Positions 35,802-48,995 of a DNA stretch of 64,000 nt are shown in pieces. Under the pieces are notes generated by a model. It was given only the letters and a program-made list of their open reading frames with translations, searched no databases and was not told the origin of the DNA. Each line of letters starts with the position of its first letter. The stretch's first letter is position 1. Origin of the DNA: Botryllus schlosseri. Lineage: Eukaryota. Both the position numbers and the translations under genes were made by a program. The DNA lies in contig CM119371.1 in the NCBI GenBank assembly GCA_051294905.1, positions 24,492,001-24,556,000 on the forward strand, given 5' to 3'.

Positions 35802-38800
35802 CAGGGATATATAGAACTCCGGGATGGCTGACTTCATTTTGGCCGTTACCTAAGTAGGTCCAGAAAGTTACCTGCAATCTGCCTCGAAATATCCACTTTT
35901 CTGCAAGCTAGCGATACAGCTGTTTCTAGAATAATGATCCTCACCCTTTTGCAGAATAGTTGGCACTTCTTCGATAGTAGGTAGACATCGAAAAGTGTTT
36001 ACCATGATCACCAATGAATGTTTCCCATGAACACGAATACAAATTTATAAACGTCAAAATGAATTGTTGTTTTTTGTGTCTTTGGAGAGACGGATATTGG
36101 GGTCTGGTTGGGGGGGGGGGTATTAAGATTCGATAGGGTTGAGGAAATAGGGATATTAGGGCTTGGGAGGGGATGTTAGGCTTGCGGGAAATTAGGGTTA
36201 TGGGAAGGGCGATATTAGGGTTTGGGAAAGAGGGATATTAAGGTTTGAGGAAAGGGGGATTGGAGGTGGGTTAGGGTCAAAGTTGGGGTTAGGTATCCCA
36301 AGATTAGGAAGGGGGATATTAGGGTTGCGGGAGGGAGGATATTAGGGTTGCGGGAGGGGGATATTAGGGTTGTGGGAGGGGGGATATTAGGGTTGGGGTT
36401 AGGGGGATATTAGGGTTGCGGGAGGGGGATATTAGGGTTGGGGTTAGGGGTATATTAGGGTTGTGGGAGGGGGGATATTAGGGTTGCGGGAGGGGGATAT
36501 TAGGGTTGTGGGATGGGGGATATTATAGGGTTGGGGTTAGGGGGATATTAGTGTTGCGGGAGGGAGATATTAGGTTGGAGTTATGGGGATATTAGGGTTG
36601 GAGGTGGGTTAGGTTCAACGTTGGGGTTAGATTACCCCTAACCGGTGTTTAACCCACCTCCAATCTCCCTTTCACCCAACCCTAATATCCCCTCTCCCAC
36701 AGCCCTAATATACCCTAACCCCAACATCCCCCTCCCATAACCCTAATATACCCCTAACCCCAACCCTAATATCCCCCCTCCCACAACCCTAATATCCCCC
36801 TCCCGCAACCCTAATATCCCCCTCCCGCAACCCTAATATCCCCCCTCCCACAACCCTAATATCCCCCCTCCCACAACCCTAATATCCCCCTAACCCCAAC
36901 CCTAATCTTGGGATACCCTAAACCCAACTTTGACCCTAACCCACTCCAAACGCAAAAACAATACATTTTGACGTTTATAAATTTTTGTTCGTGTTCATGG
37001 AAAACATTCATTGGTGATCATGGTGAACACTTTTCGATGTCTACCTACTATCGAAGAAGTGCCGAATAGTTAGTGAGTAAGCCAGACATTCTTCCCATAT
37101 CACAACCTTACTGCTGTATAGCCAACCAAGTAAACTATGACAACTCTGAATTTCAGTAAATCATGAATGTGTTTAATTTCTACACATCATATAATCTGCA
37201 TCAGGCCATAAATAACAGAGTGAATAACGAATAATATCAGCGTCTTCTACCTATTTACAAGCCATTGTCTGAAACCTTGCAGCTGGGAAGGGGGGGGGGG
37301 CGGTAATAGGATTGATTAAATCAACCATTTCAATTAGCGTTAATCGACAATTACCATGAAGTATAGGGTTGCATTTGAAACAAACATGTTTAAAACCAGG
37401 CCCTTGTATAAAACATACTTTTTTTAAGCGATTACGTCAAGAATATTCAACAGTGACGTCATATTGGATTGACATTGACAATTGAAAATATAGTGTGAAT
37501 ATAGCTCCTTTGACGAAATATATGTGCTATTGCTGTTGAACCAACTATTTTGAGGGTTCCAGCCATTCCATATCGATATTAGTCGGCTATATCGGGTCGT
37601 AATCGTCCGTAGGCTCATACAACACATGTTTTGGAAAGTATTTACACAATTATGGCATAATTTTACAACTTAAAAAGAATTTTTTTCAAAAGGCCTTTGT
37701 TTAAAACACTGTTTAAAGCATGTTTTAAACATTGTGTTTCAAACACAGTTTATTTTAAATGCACCCCCACCATGGAGCATTTACAATAACAAAAAGATAG
37801 CACGGCCTGTATGGACTCGAAATTGTGATAGCAGCATTGTCATCTTCTGTGTCACTCAATGAGAGTTGATCAAGAAATCAACACACCATTGATACTTCTC
37901 TTCAGGTTCAAATGCAGCCTGGGGGGGTAGAAGTTTGGTACATATCATTATCAATTTGAGAAGCATTCGGTAGACCCAGTTGTTGAATTCAGCTGATATT
38001 TTGTTCACCGAGCAATAGATTCATGACCGCAGTGAAGAAATTACAACCATGGCTTAACGGTACATCACGAATGGGCCTCCTGAAGCATTTCATGCCATTT
38101 ATCAGTTAAGAAATATTCAGTATCATTGTCTTGCAGATTTTCCGATAGAGCGATAGATGATTCCATGTCAAAAAAACATCTCGGTGAGGAGGCACGAGAT
38201 CCAAATATTCAGATTGTGGCCATCTTTGCCAAGATTTCAATGGGATGTGCCCAGAATAATATATCAGGATATCCACTGTTGACGTGATGCAAATGCTGGA
38301 ACATCGCGTTTGTTTTTCCGGAATCTGCAACAAAAATGAACAAATGATGTATTTAGAGACACAAATTAACCTTAAGAATATATATATAGATGTATGCAGA
38401 GTTGTTCTATAGTGAAGAACTTCTACTTCATTGTAGTACTCAAGTAGGTGTTGCCTATTTTCGAAGATAAATCTTGTAAATTTGAAGCAGCCATCTCCAA
38501 ACTCAAGTACCTTGCAGGCATTTCACTTTCTACAGCTACTTGAGGAAGTTTAAATACCAGTACGCCCGGGAATACAACTATTACTTGAGTAGCAACGCAG
38601 ACTACTTTAACCACATCAGGATTAATGTAAATCGCTCATTTAATAACGTATTACTAGAATCAGCCTAACTTACCTTTGGCCGACCGAGGAGAGCTCCAAT
38701 GCATTATTGCGACGATTTGACGAAACCTTGCAAATTGAAAGCAATCCTCAGAGTTTTCTCTTCCTTCGTCGTACAGGCCTATAGCCTATAGGCTATAAGT

Positions 38801-39914
38801 GTTTATTTGGTAAAGACAGGCCGTATCTCAGGATCGTATCGTGTCCTGACGATTGTGTTGGCTTATCCATTCAAGGGAGTGGGCATCTTCATGGCTTCAG
38901 TAAGAGCAAATGGTCAACAAATGTTGTGGCCATATACTGTACTGGAAGTCAGCCATTGGCAGTTCACAACAGTGCATTTCTGTTGAAGTATAATTCCAGT
39001 ACTGTAGCATTAAGGTGCCATTCATTAACAAACATATGCCTGTCTTGATTTACTAGACATGTAACTGATGAATAGTATCTGTAACAAGAGATTGGATTCA
39101 AAAGTTGTTATGGACACTTACAACTGCAACGACCTTGACGTGTTGTGTTTGTATTAGATTCAAATGTTTGGTTATCCTTATTTGAAATGCCTCTTGAATC
39201 TTGCACATCGGTAGTGTACTCATGCAGTGGCTCCAATTCTTACTAAGAATAATCAAGCAATGATCTGGAATACTGGTAAGCCTGCAATAGGCTACCAGCA
39301 CTACCTGCATATTCACATATTAATCCATAGCACAAGATCTTAACTGACGAAGTCCCTCCTAACGGTCGCCTTCATAGCTCACACGGCACAGTGTAAATGT
39401 ACACTTGTACTTGTACAATGTACAGCCTTGGATGGTATGGTGACATACATTCGCATAACATACCGGTAAATGAAAAACATACCGCAAGGCGTAATCTAAA
39501 TCATACTGCGGATATCAATGTTAACGTTAATTATTCTACATTTTGTTATTTTCTCACGATTATCAGCGCAGCAAAACATGTTACATAAGATACTACAGAA
39601 GCAGAGATATTCCGAAGCCGAGTAAATGACCGTACCGGCATACCGCTCAATTGCTGCTGAAGGAATAGGGCTAATACCGCAAAGTTTCAGACTACCTGAA
39701 CATCTCATAACCTAGTTAACGTATAGCTTTATATAAGAACATAAACATGAATATTATATGCCCCTACCGCTCTCAAAAACTTGAAATTACACACAGACGA
39801 AGCGGCTGACTGGAACGTGCATCAAAACTGAATGCGTGAATCCGGACCTACTTAGGTAATGCCGCGATGACGCAATTGACGCAGTCAGCCATCCCGGAGT
39901 TCTATATATCCCTG
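35802..39914. mobile_element. DNA transposon with 32-bp TIRs and 8-bp TSD (P-element-like termini; hAT not excluded)
   Basis: Perfect TIR CAGGGATATATAGAACTCCGGGATGGCTGACT (35802-35833, 39883-39914); TSD GTCGGTAT (35794-35801, 39915-39922). Only decayed minus-strand frames inside. Confidence 0.85.
35962..37063. mobile_element. Fully palindromic Merlin-like non-autonomous element with a G-rich/C-rich telomere-like interior
   Basis: ~110-bp TIR starting GGCACTTCTTCGATAG; 8-bp TSD GAATAGTT (35954-35961, 37064-37071). Interior GGGGGATATTAGGGTT repeats are mirrored by AACCCTAATATCCCCC repeats. Confidence 0.85.
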
Positions 39915-40309
39915 GTCGGTATTTATTAAATCTTACCTGCGAAATCAAGTTCTGTGACAAACTGATTACTAAAATTTCACCGCGTGAGCGATCGGTATGT
40001 TTGTAACACCAAGTCACTAAAAATGGTTATGCCCGAGACATTATTTTGTCAGCGATCGCTGGATTTGCAATCTATTTTACACTTTTTGAAGTGTTAATTT
40101 ACGAGCGCGGTTATTTGTTGGTCGCTTTTCGTGTCGCTGCTGAATACTGAATACTGCTTAATGTAATAGCACCGACTGGATTAGTGGAATAATCGATACG
40201 ATAGTGCGCGCTCCGAATTTCCAAAACGGACGTATTTAGAGGGTCACACAGGTCAAAATACAACCGCCAACATCTGGTTTTCAAAATCGCACAATGCACT
40301 GCGGATTAG

Positions 40310-41165
40310 TGAATTGCCTGTTTAGTGATGTCTATACCCGAAAGTACGATATGCGAGAGATGTCTATACCTAAAAGTACGATTCACGACCGCACCCATAA
40401 GAACACATGGCGAGTCACCGCATATCCCGTAAGAATACATGACAGGCGAATCACCGCCACCGCCTATAGCAAAAAAGGCGAGTCACGACCTCGAGTTTTC
40501 ACGGCGAATCACGACCGCGGTCTATACCCGAAAGTACGATATGCCGACGCATCCATAAGAACACATGGCGAATCACCACCACAACCTCATCCGCGTAAGC
40601 GGTGTCTTACAAAAAGCCTAGAGGTGGGCCGTGCTATAAGTCGGCAGTTACGGAAAATATGAAGAATATCGGCCTGGTGTAAATGACCATAGTAGTCGAC
40701 AAACACCATGAATATCCCAAAACAAACAAACAAAACCACCACAACCTATACGCGAAAGTACGACATGCGAGAGATGCCTATACCTAAAAGTACGATGTGC
40801 CAACACGAGTTTCCAATACGACATGCGAGAGATGCCTATACTTGAAAGTACGATGTGCGAGCGCACCCATAAGAACACATGGCGAATCACCACCACAGAC
40901 TATACGCGAAAGTACGACATGCGAAAGTACGACGTGCGAGAGATGGCTATACCTAAAAGTACGATGTGCCAACACGAGTTTTCAATACGATATGCGAGAG
41001 ATGCCTATACCTGAAAGTACGACATGCGAGCGCACCCATAAGAACGCATTACGATGTGTGACCGAGAGGGGGGTCAAAAAGTACGATATGCCACCACGAG
41101 TTTTCCATACGATGTGCGACCGCGCCCATAAGAGCCCATGCAAAAAAGCGCACATCACGACCGAT
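40310..41165 (+). repeat. Modular degenerate tandem repeat (AAAGTACGA / GCGAGAGATGCCTATACC / CCCATAAGAACACATGGCGA)
   Basis: These motifs recur many times in shuffled order. Confidence 0.85.
40588..40734 (+). mobile_element. 5'-truncated SINE of the same family
   Basis: Matches the 3' half of 35229-35507; 13-bp TSD ACCACCACAACCT (40575-40587, 40735-40747). Confidence 0.85.
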
Positions 41166-41239
41166 CAACTACACTACTAAAGTAAGGTACAAAATCGTAA
41201 AATACCTGGCGGTTGAGAACCACTGCATTAGACAACGAT

Positions 41240-41653
41240 ATCAATTTCATTGATTGGTTGAATAAGCATCATTCGCTGACTACCTACATGTAGCGTATTT
41301 CGCTCTTAATGTTGTGTGATTGCGGGTCAAGCTCACTGCAGAGAGTCACTAAATATTCAGAAACAGTAAGGTGGATATTTCGAGCAAACTTTTGTAACTA
41401 AGCAGATACAATTTTTGAGATTATGAAGGAGCATGCTCGTTTAGTGTTGATTTTTGATGCTGCCAGCGCCATGCATAGAGTTTTGAATTGCAATTAATTT
41501 CAACCAAAGATGTCATAATGACGTGGAAATCGTAATATGCGAAAAAGGTTCACAGTGCAGAACCTACCAAGGTTCGTTTGTGAACGTGAACCTCTAAATT
41601 TCCGAGGTTCACACACAGAACGCGAACGTGAACCTCACGTTCACACCATCCCT
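41240..41653 (-). repeat. Dispersed MITE-like repeat; inverted copy at ~51683-52025
   Basis: GAACGTGAACCTCACG...CCCT here versus AGGG...GTGAGGTTCACGTTC at 51.7 kb, with a colinear body (GAGCATGC, CAGCGCC). Confidence 0.6.
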
Positions 41654-42846
41654 AACAATTATTGAATTGCTGGATACTGAATATTAGAGTTGGAATGGTC
41701 ATTTTAAATGACGGGGTTCCGCGTTTCAAATAGGGCGGGGTACAACCCCTGAAACACCCCTGGCTACGCGCCTGTCTCACACGCGCGTATCGAAATCGAA
41801 GACGTCTTTAACGAGGTCGCATCAATTCGCTTGATTACTAATTACTGGTCACGAATACTAGGGTCCTTGAGCATTTTCTACGAGGTGGCCACGCCTTCTC
41901 GCAAGTCGTCGCCTATGCCCACTACCATTGTTATCCAACGCCCCAAAATCATCTGAATCACCTTTTTTCTCAACAAAACAATCTGTAATACAAAGAACGG
42001 AACATTGGGTAATCGTGACTAATAGGGCGATTTTTTTTCACACGTCAAAAATAGTCGAAATTATGTCAAAATTGTTTGAAGAGTCAATTTTTTTTCAACC
42101 TGAATTTCGTTTGTATCGTAGATTTAGCACTGTCGATGAACTTATCATTTGACATTTTACAGATTTTGGCCTACTTTAGAGGCCTACCGTTGTAGACTGT
42201 CCATTTTTCAGGTCAAGATCTTCCATTTTTTAAGTAAAAAAATCGCCTCAGTGATTAGTTATCGTAACCGATTACAACGATTACTGTATTTCCAAGTAAC
42301 GTGACATCGACTAGTAACGTGACATCGACTATTTCACATATCTTATTGATTACTTTGTAATTATAATTATATACTTATAGTTTTTTTCAAGGACCATGAC
42401 ATAAGCGCGGCGACCTTTCATATTGTACCTCAATTTCTTCTATGTGGAAAACATATGATGCGACACTCTCTTTGCATCCACTCCACATGATATAACAGCA
42501 CGGACTGTCAATGCTATGTTCTAGATTACCGGTACGCTGCTGCGCCAATGCCGTCTGATCGAATGGGGAATTAATATAGATGTATATTAACGAATGTACA
42601 ATGCACATGAATGGTATATCGAAGGTGTGCCGGTTGTGCCTCATTAATATTGATGCAAAATGATGGTATTATTGTAGTGCATCCGTCATAGGCGCTGAAC
42701 TCTAATTTTCCCTAGGTATGCTGGATCGATGCCGTCATAAAGGGCTGACATCATGGTGCGTTAGAATTGACAAATGAGACTACTCATAAGCGTTCAATAT
42801 CACCTGTCACTAATGTATATATGATGACAAAATTATGATACTATTA

Positions 42847-43250
42847 TAGGCTTACCATATTTTGGAAATCTAAAAAGAGGACACTTTTTCAGAGATCTCA
42901 GACTTGCAAAACCGGAGGAGAATTCTCAAAAACCATTGAATTTTTCCCACCAATTGATCGGTTGACTAAAAAAAAGGTCATCTTTCCGCTCAGATCTCAA
43001 AATACCGTTTTTCTCTCCACATTGAAAAAAAAAGTCATCTTTTCGATCAGAGCTAAAATCACCGGGTTTCACTCCGAAATACCCACGGGAACGTCACTTC
43101 TGTGCTAATTTGCGGCATATCACTCCCAGTTTTCTCTATATCTGACCTAAATTTTCAAAAAAGAGGACAAAAGGGCGTCCTCCGAGGACACTTTCAAAAA
43201 AGTCAAAAAAGAGGACAAATCCTCTCAAAAGAGGACGTATGGTAAGCCTA
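42847..43250. mobile_element. hAT-type MITE
   Basis: TIR TAGGCTTACCATA / TATGGTAAGCCTA; TSD TACTATTA (42839-42846, 43251-43258). Confidence 0.9.
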
Positions 43251-44939
43251 TACTATTAGGCAGGCGCGTAGCCACCGGCCACTTGCTGAATTAATTGAAT
43301 TCATTTCAAATTTAGCAAGGTAGCATCAATTTACTATTTTAAACCAAAATTTTAAAAAATGAGCACATTTTTGCGTCCTCCGATGACACTTTCAAAAATT
43401 TCAAAAAACAGGAAAAATCCTCTTAAAGGAGGAAATATCGTAACCCTAGCGTGACCATATTTTTGCATCAAATTGCGGACACTCTTCAGTGCCTACTAGC
43501 GACTTTTTGAATGATATATGAACACGTTGTATGTCAATATGAGGTCACACTAGCAAAGCTTTGCCTATTGACTATAAACAGAAGTGGAATAGGGGTTATA
43601 GACAATTACCGTACGGATAGATACGCAACACCCGTCGTCACGCTTGCTTGCTCAGAGGTAGCCGAATAAACCTTCGAAATAGAAGTAGCGACGAGTAGAA
43701 GTACTTTTTCTATAACCCATCTAAAACTACTTGAAGTATAAGTAGATTTGACTAACTTTAAAACTACTCAAGTAAGTAAGTAATTTTGAAAACAGTCTTA
43801 GTGCGTTCGCATGGACTGTCAAAAGCTGCAAATTGAGCTATGCTGACGGTGCAGAGCGCTTGATACGTATTTCTGCATACCAGGAGGTATCAATATTCCA
43901 CTGAAAAGCTTTCTTTCGCATCATGGGATGTAAATTACAGTATTGATATGAAAATGCGATACCAACTCTTTGTTTACTAGAAGACCATGTTTTAGAGAAT
44001 ATCATGGCATGGCTCCCTACCCCATTCTATAAGGCCCCAAGTTTGGGCGAAGAGCAATACGGATAAGTTGTATCCGATACGGTTTCAACACTTTGTGCGA
44101 TTAGTATACGGTAATAACAAATAATATGGATCGTAAAATTTATATTTAGTATGGCTTTATTTTCGGAAAATTGAGGCATCTCTACAGTTGCTTTCATGCT
44201 TCAACATGTATTGTATACTCTGCAGACAAAAGAATTGAAAGTAATTAGAACTCAAAGTTTGTTACTCGGAATTGAAAGTTAAATACAAGAACCACTTCTA
44301 AAAAGCGGAAAACATATTTCATGTCTTTTGTCCATAAAGCTTCGAAGGTGATCTGGTAAAACAGGCGTAACGTTACAAAAGACGGATTTTCCAGATTAGA
44401 AGGACACGTCATGGGCTGCTAGATTACGATATGATAGGTAATTGCTAGATTGCGAAATGGTAGTTTCAAACGTTATGAAGGCCATATGTACTGTGATGAA
44501 ATATTTGATATGGACGATAATGCGGTGTGAGCGGAACCAAGCAATCCAGTACCTAAATTATATTCACTGATACTTTCATGAAAACATATTGGTCACTCCA
44601 TAACTACCGTGCGCGATGCGCATCAAAATTTCTGAGCTTTACTTGACTTTTATGAATATAAAACGTTGGTACGCCGTGAAAACAGCACCGAAATTCATCT
44701 AGCTATCTTACGTATTGGGGGGAATAAACTACTTCTACTTGACAAACTGAAAATAGCGAAAAGTAAGAAAGTCGATCACAGAATATTACAAAGTAGAAGT
44801 TATTATTATTAATATTCATTAATAAAAGCATGTTATGGTGCTTATAACAGCGTGGTCTTTTGCACCACGTGACAACAAATTCCATCACTAACACAAGCTA
44901 ACTCGCAAATTTAGTACATGATACTCTCAGTCGAAAGTC

Positions 44940-45410
44940 AAATGTCAATAATTATATACGGCGTCCCGATGACGCTACAAAGTCGATTACGTGTTGCAAT
45001 ATATTGGTATCTGTCAATAAGTTTTCCAAGTTGAATGGTATTCTCTTTCGATGTGCACTGTTTCTTAGTATCTGTCTGCGTTGTTCTAGTGTCGGACAAT
45101 CCATTAAAAAATGGCGCACGTCTTCGATGACTCCACAATGGGCGCAAAAGGTGTCGCAGACACCCCTATTCTGTGGAGATGTCCATTCAATCAGCCGTGT
45201 CCCGTTCGTAACCAAAATAACGTGGATTCACTTCTTCTCGATGCTTGTCTTGGAATTGTCGTGTCGCTGTTAGGCTGGTATTGTCGATACGTTGCTCCCT
45301 AGTCAGTACTTTGGTATTGTCCATTCCAGATCGACTTGCAATGGCGGAACATTAACGTTGTCGCGTCTGTTAGCGGTAAATCGTAGGTCGTGTCTTCATG
45401 TGCGATGAAG
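44940..45410 (-). mobile_element. 3' fragment of a non-LTR retrotransposon (I/Nimb-like ORF2 C-terminus)
   Basis: LFWLRTGH motif followed, after a frameshift, by the zinc knuckle CAHCGVIEDVRHFLMDCP; stops present. Confidence 0.8.
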
Positions 45411-46582
45411 AAGTAGAAGTAGATGTAGAGAAAATCAGATCTACTTGAGTAAGTACCAGAAGTAGAGGACAACTACTTGAGTACTTCCAAAATGTAGAAG
45501 TACTTCGTTACTGACCACCTCTGGAGACAATATACCCTGTATTATGATTGCCTTGCAAATTGGTAGATTTGTTAGATGTCTAAGGCTATGGATAATTACG
45601 CTGTATTAGTTATTATTGATCACAAAAAAACTATAGCGTCGTGACTTGGAAGTGGCTGCCGCGTCGTGTAATCGACAGTTCGACACACGGTGTGAATAAT
45701 GCTAAGCAAACCACAAAACGCACGCTCAATCCGCTCGTACTTCTGAATTCATTTTAGAAAACTACATAAGGTGAACACTAGGGCTTTTCAAAAATAACTT
45801 TTTTCGTCAAATCGTACTGGCTACTTGATAAAATTGTTAGGTTACCTAAGTTAAGCCTACACACCAAATTTGGTTCAATTCCAACCAGTAGGCGCATTGT
45901 TACAAGGGAAGAAAGTTTCCGTATAATATAAAAAATAAATAGCAAAAAATTTGAAAATTCCAACCAGTGGAAGCGGAGTTATTGCCGTCGAAAAATTTGG
46001 ATTACGAATAAAATAGTATTCACGGTGACCCATTCTTCAATTATTTATTATGGTGTGCCCACCGTAAATACTATTTTATTCAAATCCAGATTTTTCGACG
46101 GCAATAACTCCGCTTCCACTAGTTGGAATTGAACCAAATTTGTTGATCATCGTTTCTGTAGACAACCTAACACTTTCATGGGGTGAACAGAAAATTTTCA
46201 AATTTTTTGTTATTTATATTTATATAATATATAATTGAATAGTATATTCATATTGAAATGAACCCGAATATTTTCGGCTGACACACGTCAGGGGTAATCG
46301 TCAGCAACTAGTAGAGAATTGGAAAGAACATTGTACATCAACAATTGCATCACAAAATGAGTCACAAATTCAGTCATGCCCTGGGTGCCGCCTTTGTAGA
46401 GCAGTGGGCTCATTTGGCAAGACAGGAATATTTGTCGTTTAGACATAGAATATCGTAGGTTTGGGCGAACATGCTTCTATCATTTTCTGAAAATGTTTCA
46501 TCCCGACCATCTCGCTTCGAGCGCACAAGCAAAGTCACATGTTGGGCGACACGTTATCCTCTATATGCGAGTATAGCTAGAC

Positions 46583-47751
46583 CAGGGGTGGGCAAACTAC
46601 GGACGGCAAGCGGCCCTCCACACCGCTCTGTGCGGCCCGCGCGAGTCTAAAGAAACTTATTGAAATATTGATAAAAATACGTACTAAAAATCGAATTAAT
46701 GCAGGGAGTTGATCAAACTTTTTCTTAGTATATTTCACCATGATAATTCTAAGGCAGTGGTTCTCAAACTAGGGGCGTACCCCCTTGGGTACGTGAATGC
46801 ATCTAAATGGGGGAAGCGAAGCTGAGCCCAACTGAAAAAATTTTCGCGCTACGCGCGATTTAAATCCAATTCATAATTATTGCTCTGTATTCAATCTGAA
46901 TTTCATATTTAAAATCTCTCATCTGCAGTCGTAACCTTCCATGCCATAACACTATAAGTTAGGTTGGCTAGCATCCTGGTTGCGTCCTGTGATATGACGA
47001 CAAAGTGGGCGCGAAACCTTTCATAATCATAAGGTGGGGTGGGGGTGGGGTGGGTCGTGTCTTAAAGAGTTTGAGAACCACTGTTCCAAGGTAAATGCTT
47101 CCTATATCATTTTTTATGTTTAATTTCTGGCGCGACAGCCCGATCTCAAGGCCCACCCAGATTGAAAGGTTTCAACTGTTAAACATCACAGAAATCCTAA
47201 ACGATATTGACATAAATCCGACCACAAGTGTGATTTCAGATTAGCCACTTCAGTTTTAATTATTTCAGTGCGTGTTTTACGTAGATTCATTCTCTGTATG
47301 CGTAGAATTAGGGTATTTATATTTTATCTACACATAGTATAAGCGTCTTTGAAGCTAACATTGTTATGATGCTGTCCGCATTGTGTGTCCTGGAACTGAA
47401 CCAAAAGCGGAATTAGTAAATCTATGAACAGATCGCTGCTCACAGATTTAAATTTCAATCCTGTTCTAAAAATTGGGGCAACCGACTTTCATCACTATAG
47501 TTTTGACAAATTGGTTATTGAGGTCGACCGAGCCTATGAAATCTCGCCTCTGTTTAAGACGCGTGTACGATATCATCAAATCAGTGTTTGGATTGTTTTG
47601 AATAAACATATATATTTTCTCCATGTCCTCACTATATAATCAAATACCAATACTGCGTTTTGGTTTATAATCCCAATTTCATAAAGTGCGGCCCGCGAAT
47701 GGATTCAGATGTTGAATGCGGCCCACGAGCTCAAAAGTTTGCCCACCCCTG
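46583..47751. mobile_element. hAT MITE, same family as 30348-31172 (opposite orientation, longer)
   Basis: TIR CAGGGGTGGGCAAACT; TSD AGCTAGAC (46575-46582, 47752-47759). Confidence 0.9.
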
Positions 47752-48995
47752 AGCTAGACTCAATTCCGTGAACTACGCGTATTTATAACTTCCAGGAGCG
47801 GGCTCCAATACTAAATGCAAGAAATGTGACCTAAAATCATGCGAAGCGCTGAGAAAAATTTCAAGTCAAATAAATCTGCTGTGGAATATTCAAGTTTATG
47901 GTCATGGTTATATATACGAAGATCTGATATGAATGTGGCTGGACCCTGGTTTCGCCAATGCGTCGAAACTGATGTTTTAGTAATCATCAAATTTCGCGGT
48001 CAGGCTTATCAAATTTCGGTTAGCCAATTTTACCTGATGTTATATCTAATTTTGAGAATAACCCCGCAGGCCACACAAAACCTTTTCGCGGAGGCCACAT
48101 GGGGCATGCGTGCAGTCGTTTGGCCGCCCCTCATCTGTATCGTTACTAATAACGGTGATTGATGTTAAATAAAAATCCTATTATATTGATTATGATTAAT
48201 TTAAAAATACCTTTGAAAGCAATTGTTTCCATGATAAAGAAGTTGGAGTCGGAATCGGAGTCCAAGTCAAGATTATTTTCACAAACTCCGACTCCGGTCA
48301 GTATTTTTTCCACGACTCCGACTCTGACTCCGATAATCAGCCAAACTCTGACTCCGACTCCATCGACCACGACTCCGACTCCCCGGCCTGGTTAAATTAC
48401 GGTAGTTTTACGAATCAACATATATGATTATAAAAACACAATGTTTCCAATATCTTTCATCTTAGTGGTTCACCGTACAACCGTACAAATAATTCAGATT
48501 TATATATGTGAATTGGAAATATCGAATAACAGTTTCATAGGATGGCTAGTACACATTGTTTCAACTGAGATACCATTTTGTTCGGCGTCCCCATACCACC
48601 CTTGAGCCAAGCGTGCCTCATATCGTGTCATGACAGTATCCACCCCATGCAAAAGCTAAATCGACCCTTGGGGATGGGGGGGGGGGGGGTGCTTGAGGCC
48701 AGATTGGGGAACACTAATATGAAGTAACCAAAAGCATGGAGATGCACCATCTATAATAATACTATATAAATCTTGATTTGATAATAACGTACATGTGTAA
48801 TAAAAATCACCGAGGTCTAATAAGCTTGCCGTCGTCGATCAATTCATATCAATATTTCTATCACGTTTCTTGAGATCTTTACGGGCCGTGCAAAATGCGT
48901 CACTGTTCGTATCCCGCATGCGCCGAACAGGACGTAGTTTGCCCACCCCTGAACTAGGGTGTAAGATCACCCGGCTGAAAAGCGTCATTATAGAC

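Noticed and set aside
36095..36945. True telomere or telomere fusion site
   Set aside because: The repeats are degenerate rather than pure TTAGGG and are enclosed by TIRs and an 8-bp TSD.
38423..38614. SKIGNTYL resembling the Copia RT DIGNAYL motif
   Set aside because: Isolated motif with no other Copia domains or LTRs.
43653..45523. CAGAGGT...ACCTCTG candidate hAT element
   Set aside because: The termini are plausible but there is no matching TSD, so the boundaries are unsupported.
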